Positions 32,808 to 34,334 of a stretch of DNA of 34,334 nucleotides are shown here, piece by piece; position 1 is the stretch's first letter; each line of letters begins with the position of its first letter. The stretch spans positions 1 to 34,334 of the forward strand of contig JAOZSM010000005.1 of assembly GCA_029939675.1 (NCBI GenBank). Reading direction: 5' to 3'. The translations under genes were made by a program, and so were the position numbers. The notes under the pieces were generated by a model. It had not been told where the DNA came from and did not search any database. It saw only the letters and a list, made by a program, of their open reading frames with translations. This DNA is from Fidelibacterota bacterium. Its GTDB lineage: Bacteria > Fidelibacterota > UBA8477 > JABMPR01.

Positions 32808-33430
32808 TTTTTGGTTTTTGCTAATTGAATCAAAATCCAGATGTAATCATAAAAGGATAGGGCAGCCAGTAACCAGGCCAATAGAACTACAAATAAATAG
32901 GCGCGTTCTCCAGGCCAGGCTCCCATAAGGGTAAATAGAAAGATGATACCCATCCGGTCCCAACGGAGAAAATAGAGCCGGGGGATATTAATGGCCATGA
33001 GATCGTATTTCATCTGAAGATTGGTTAGTAGATAGAGACCGGAAATACCCAGCAGAGCTGCTCCACCAGTCCACCAGTGTCCCTGCATCCACATGTAGAT
33101 GGTAAGAGCCAACACCAAGGGTACTTCTTCCACAAAATGTTTAAACCGATTAGCCGGAACTGAACGATCTACAAAGAGATGTAGATATATCTGATCCATA
33201 AAAACCCAGAGAGCAACCAGAAGTGCTGTAAATAAATATGATCCAAAGAGGATGGTTAAAATAGCTAAACCTTCTATGCCGTAACGTAGCTGATTGAGCC
33301 AGGCCTTATCAATGTCACTACTCTGGATCTTTGCAATGGCATAATTCAAGGCTTTCTTCAACAATTTCTGAACAAAGCGGGGATAGTTGAAATCATCCCG
33401 GGCATACTCAAATACTTTGTCTGTAGTCAT
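32804..33430 (-). CDS. Hypothetical integral membrane protein (4-5 predicted TM helices)
   Basis: 208 aa with several long hydrophobic segments (GLAILTILFGSYLFTALLVALWVF; GGAALLGISGLYLL; YLFVVLLAWLLAALSFY). It is translationally coupled to rsmI and tmk. I recognise no family. Confidence 0.6.
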   Translation of the reverse strand: MTTDKVFEYARDDFNYPRFVQKLLKKALNYAIAKIQSSDIDKAWLNQLRYGIEGLAILTILFGSYLFTALLVALWVFMDQIYLHLFVDRSVPANRFKHFVEEVPLVLALTIYMWMQGHWWTGGAALLGISGLYLLTNLQMKYDLMAINIPRLYFLRWDRMGIIFLFTLMGAWPGERAYLFVVLLAWLLAALSFYDYIWILIQLAKTKK

Positions 33431-34104
33431 GCTTTTTTTCCTCCGATGATAATAACTACCTCACCTTTTATGTTGCGAGTGTCCAACTGTTCCCTGATCT
33501 CTGATACGGAACCCCGGATAAACTCCTCAAATTTCTTGGTAATCTCTCGTCCAATTACTACCTGTCGGTCACCCATATAATCAGCAATATCACGGAGTGT
33601 TCTCAAAATTCGGTGGGGAGACTCATATATAATCAATGTACGAGGATCTTCAGCAAGATATTTCATCCGAGTCTGACGACCCTTTTTGCGAGGTAAGAAT
33701 CCTTCAAAGGTGAAGCGATCAGATGGTAAGCCAGCGGCAACCAGAGCAGCTAACATAGCCGAGGCACCGGGAATAGGTACTATTGTGACGTCTGCGGCCA
33801 CAGCGGCCCGCACCAGAAAAAAGCCGGGGTCACTCACCAGCGGGGTTCCGGCATCAGTAATCAAGCCAATATCATCCCCTTTTTCCAGTTTACGCAAGAG
33901 ACCAGGAGTAACCTGTTCTTTATTGTGATCATGGTAAGCGAACATGGGCGTCTCAATCTCATAGTGCTTGAGCAAAACACCAGACACACGGGTGTCCTCA
34001 GCAGCAATCAAATCCACCATTTTCAAGGTATCTACGGCCCGAAAAGTAAAATCAGCCAAATTACCAATGGGTGTAGAGACGATATATAGTTTACCGGTTG
34101 ACAC
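33427..34104 (-). CDS. rsmI: 16S rRNA (cytidine1402-2'-O)-methyltransferase RsmI
   Basis: 225 aa. The tetrapyrrole-methylase-fold signature of RsmI is present (LYIVSTPIGNLADFTFRAVDTLKMVDLIAAEDTR, TDAGTPLVSDPG, VPIPGASA, F.GFLP.K...R, IIYESPHR). The start is a GTG. Confidence 0.9.
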   Translation of the reverse strand: MSTGKLYIVSTPIGNLADFTFRAVDTLKMVDLIAAEDTRVSGVLLKHYEIETPMFAYHDHNKEQVTPGLLRKLEKGDDIGLITDAGTPLVSDPGFFLVRAAVAADVTIVPIPGASAMLAALVAAGLPSDRFTFEGFLPRKKGRQTRMKYLAEDPRTLIIYESPHRILRTLRDIADYMGDRQVVIGREITKKFEEFIRGSVSEIREQLDTRNIKGEVVIIIGGKKA

Positions 34105-34106
34105 TA

Positions 34107-34157
34107 AATTCCAGTTTTATGTTCCTCTCGCAGAGACGCAAAGCCGCAGAGATTATT
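34107..34157. repeat. 51-bp direct repeat, copy 1
   Basis: AATTCCAGTTTTATGTTCCTCTCGCAGAGACGCAAAGCCGCAGAGATTATT is identical to 34216..34266. Confidence 0.9.
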
Positions 34158-34215
34158 GTTGTCAATAGTCTAAATGCTTCCCGGTCCGTTGCTAATTGGA
34201 AAAGAGTTGACCCTC

Positions 34216-34266
34216 AATTCCAGTTTTATGTTCCTCTCGCAGAGACGCAAAGCCGCAGAGATTATT
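34216..34266. repeat. 51-bp direct repeat, copy 2
   Basis: Perfect copy of 34107..34157, 109 bp downstream, with a 58-bp unique spacer between them. Confidence 0.9.
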
Positions 34267-34270
34267 ATAG

Positions 34271-34298
34271 TCGAAAGTCGAAAGTCGAAGGTTGAAAG
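34271..34298. repeat. Tandem heptamer repeat (TCGAAAG x4, degenerate)
   Basis: TCGAAAG TCGAAAG TCGAAGG TTGAAAG read directly from the sequence. Confidence 0.85.
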
Positions 34299-34311
34299 TT
34301 GTTTGAACTTC

Positions 34312-34334
34312 TAACTCCTAACTCCTAACTCCTA
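34312..34334. repeat. Tandem heptamer repeat (TAACTCC x3+), running off the window
   Basis: TAACTCC TAACTCC TAACTCC TA. The array is cut by the window end. Confidence 0.85.

Noticed and set aside
34107-34266. Two identical repeats separated by a unique spacer, considered as a possible CRISPR array
   Set aside because: There are only two copies. The 51-bp repeat length is well outside the usual 23-48 bp range. No cas genes are in the window, and heptamer microsatellites flank the repeats. It fits a REP/MITE-like repeat better.

Overview
This window is a flagellar and chemotaxis super-locus, almost all on the minus strand, from an unidentified bacterium (visually moderate-to-low GC, compact operons with many overlapping stop/start junctions).

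Reading minus-strand transcription from high to low coordinates:
1. A housekeeping operon: rsmI, a membrane protein, tmk and an S41 C-terminal protease (34104..30529).
2. Two paralogous short flagellin genes (28749..27928 and 26953..26132). Each has a sigma-28-like promoter and a CsrA-type 5' leader. They are separated by a small excisionase-family HTH gene and repeat-rich non-coding DNA.
3. A fliS-fliD-flaG-orf142-flgM-like operon (25937..22824).
4. A chemotaxis/regulatory operon of about 17 kb (20404..3523). In order it encodes: an ExeA-like ATPase, an N-terminally extended CheW, a receiver-less CheB paralog, HDOD, a short CheR paralog, a HEAT-repeat protein, HDOD, CheR, a CheY-like protein, CheA with two HPt domains, CheB, CheY, a CheZ-like protein, orf87, FapA/DUF342, REC-GAF-degenerate GGDEF, REC-coiled coil and a sigma-54 activator. 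It ends at a clear terminator.
5. flgB-flgC-orf99-fliE-fliF and the first codons of a probable fliG (3238..1).

Only three genes are on the plus strand: a PAS-PAS hybrid histidine kinase, a response regulator and a hotdog-fold protein. No MCP, tRNA, rRNA, transposase, integrase or cas gene is visible.

The most unusual content is the duplicated HDOD-CheR pairing around a HEAT-repeat protein, together with a second, receiver-less CheB. I cannot match this accessory module to a described chemosensory architecture.

All functional calls come from motif recognition in the supplied translations. No database search was run.
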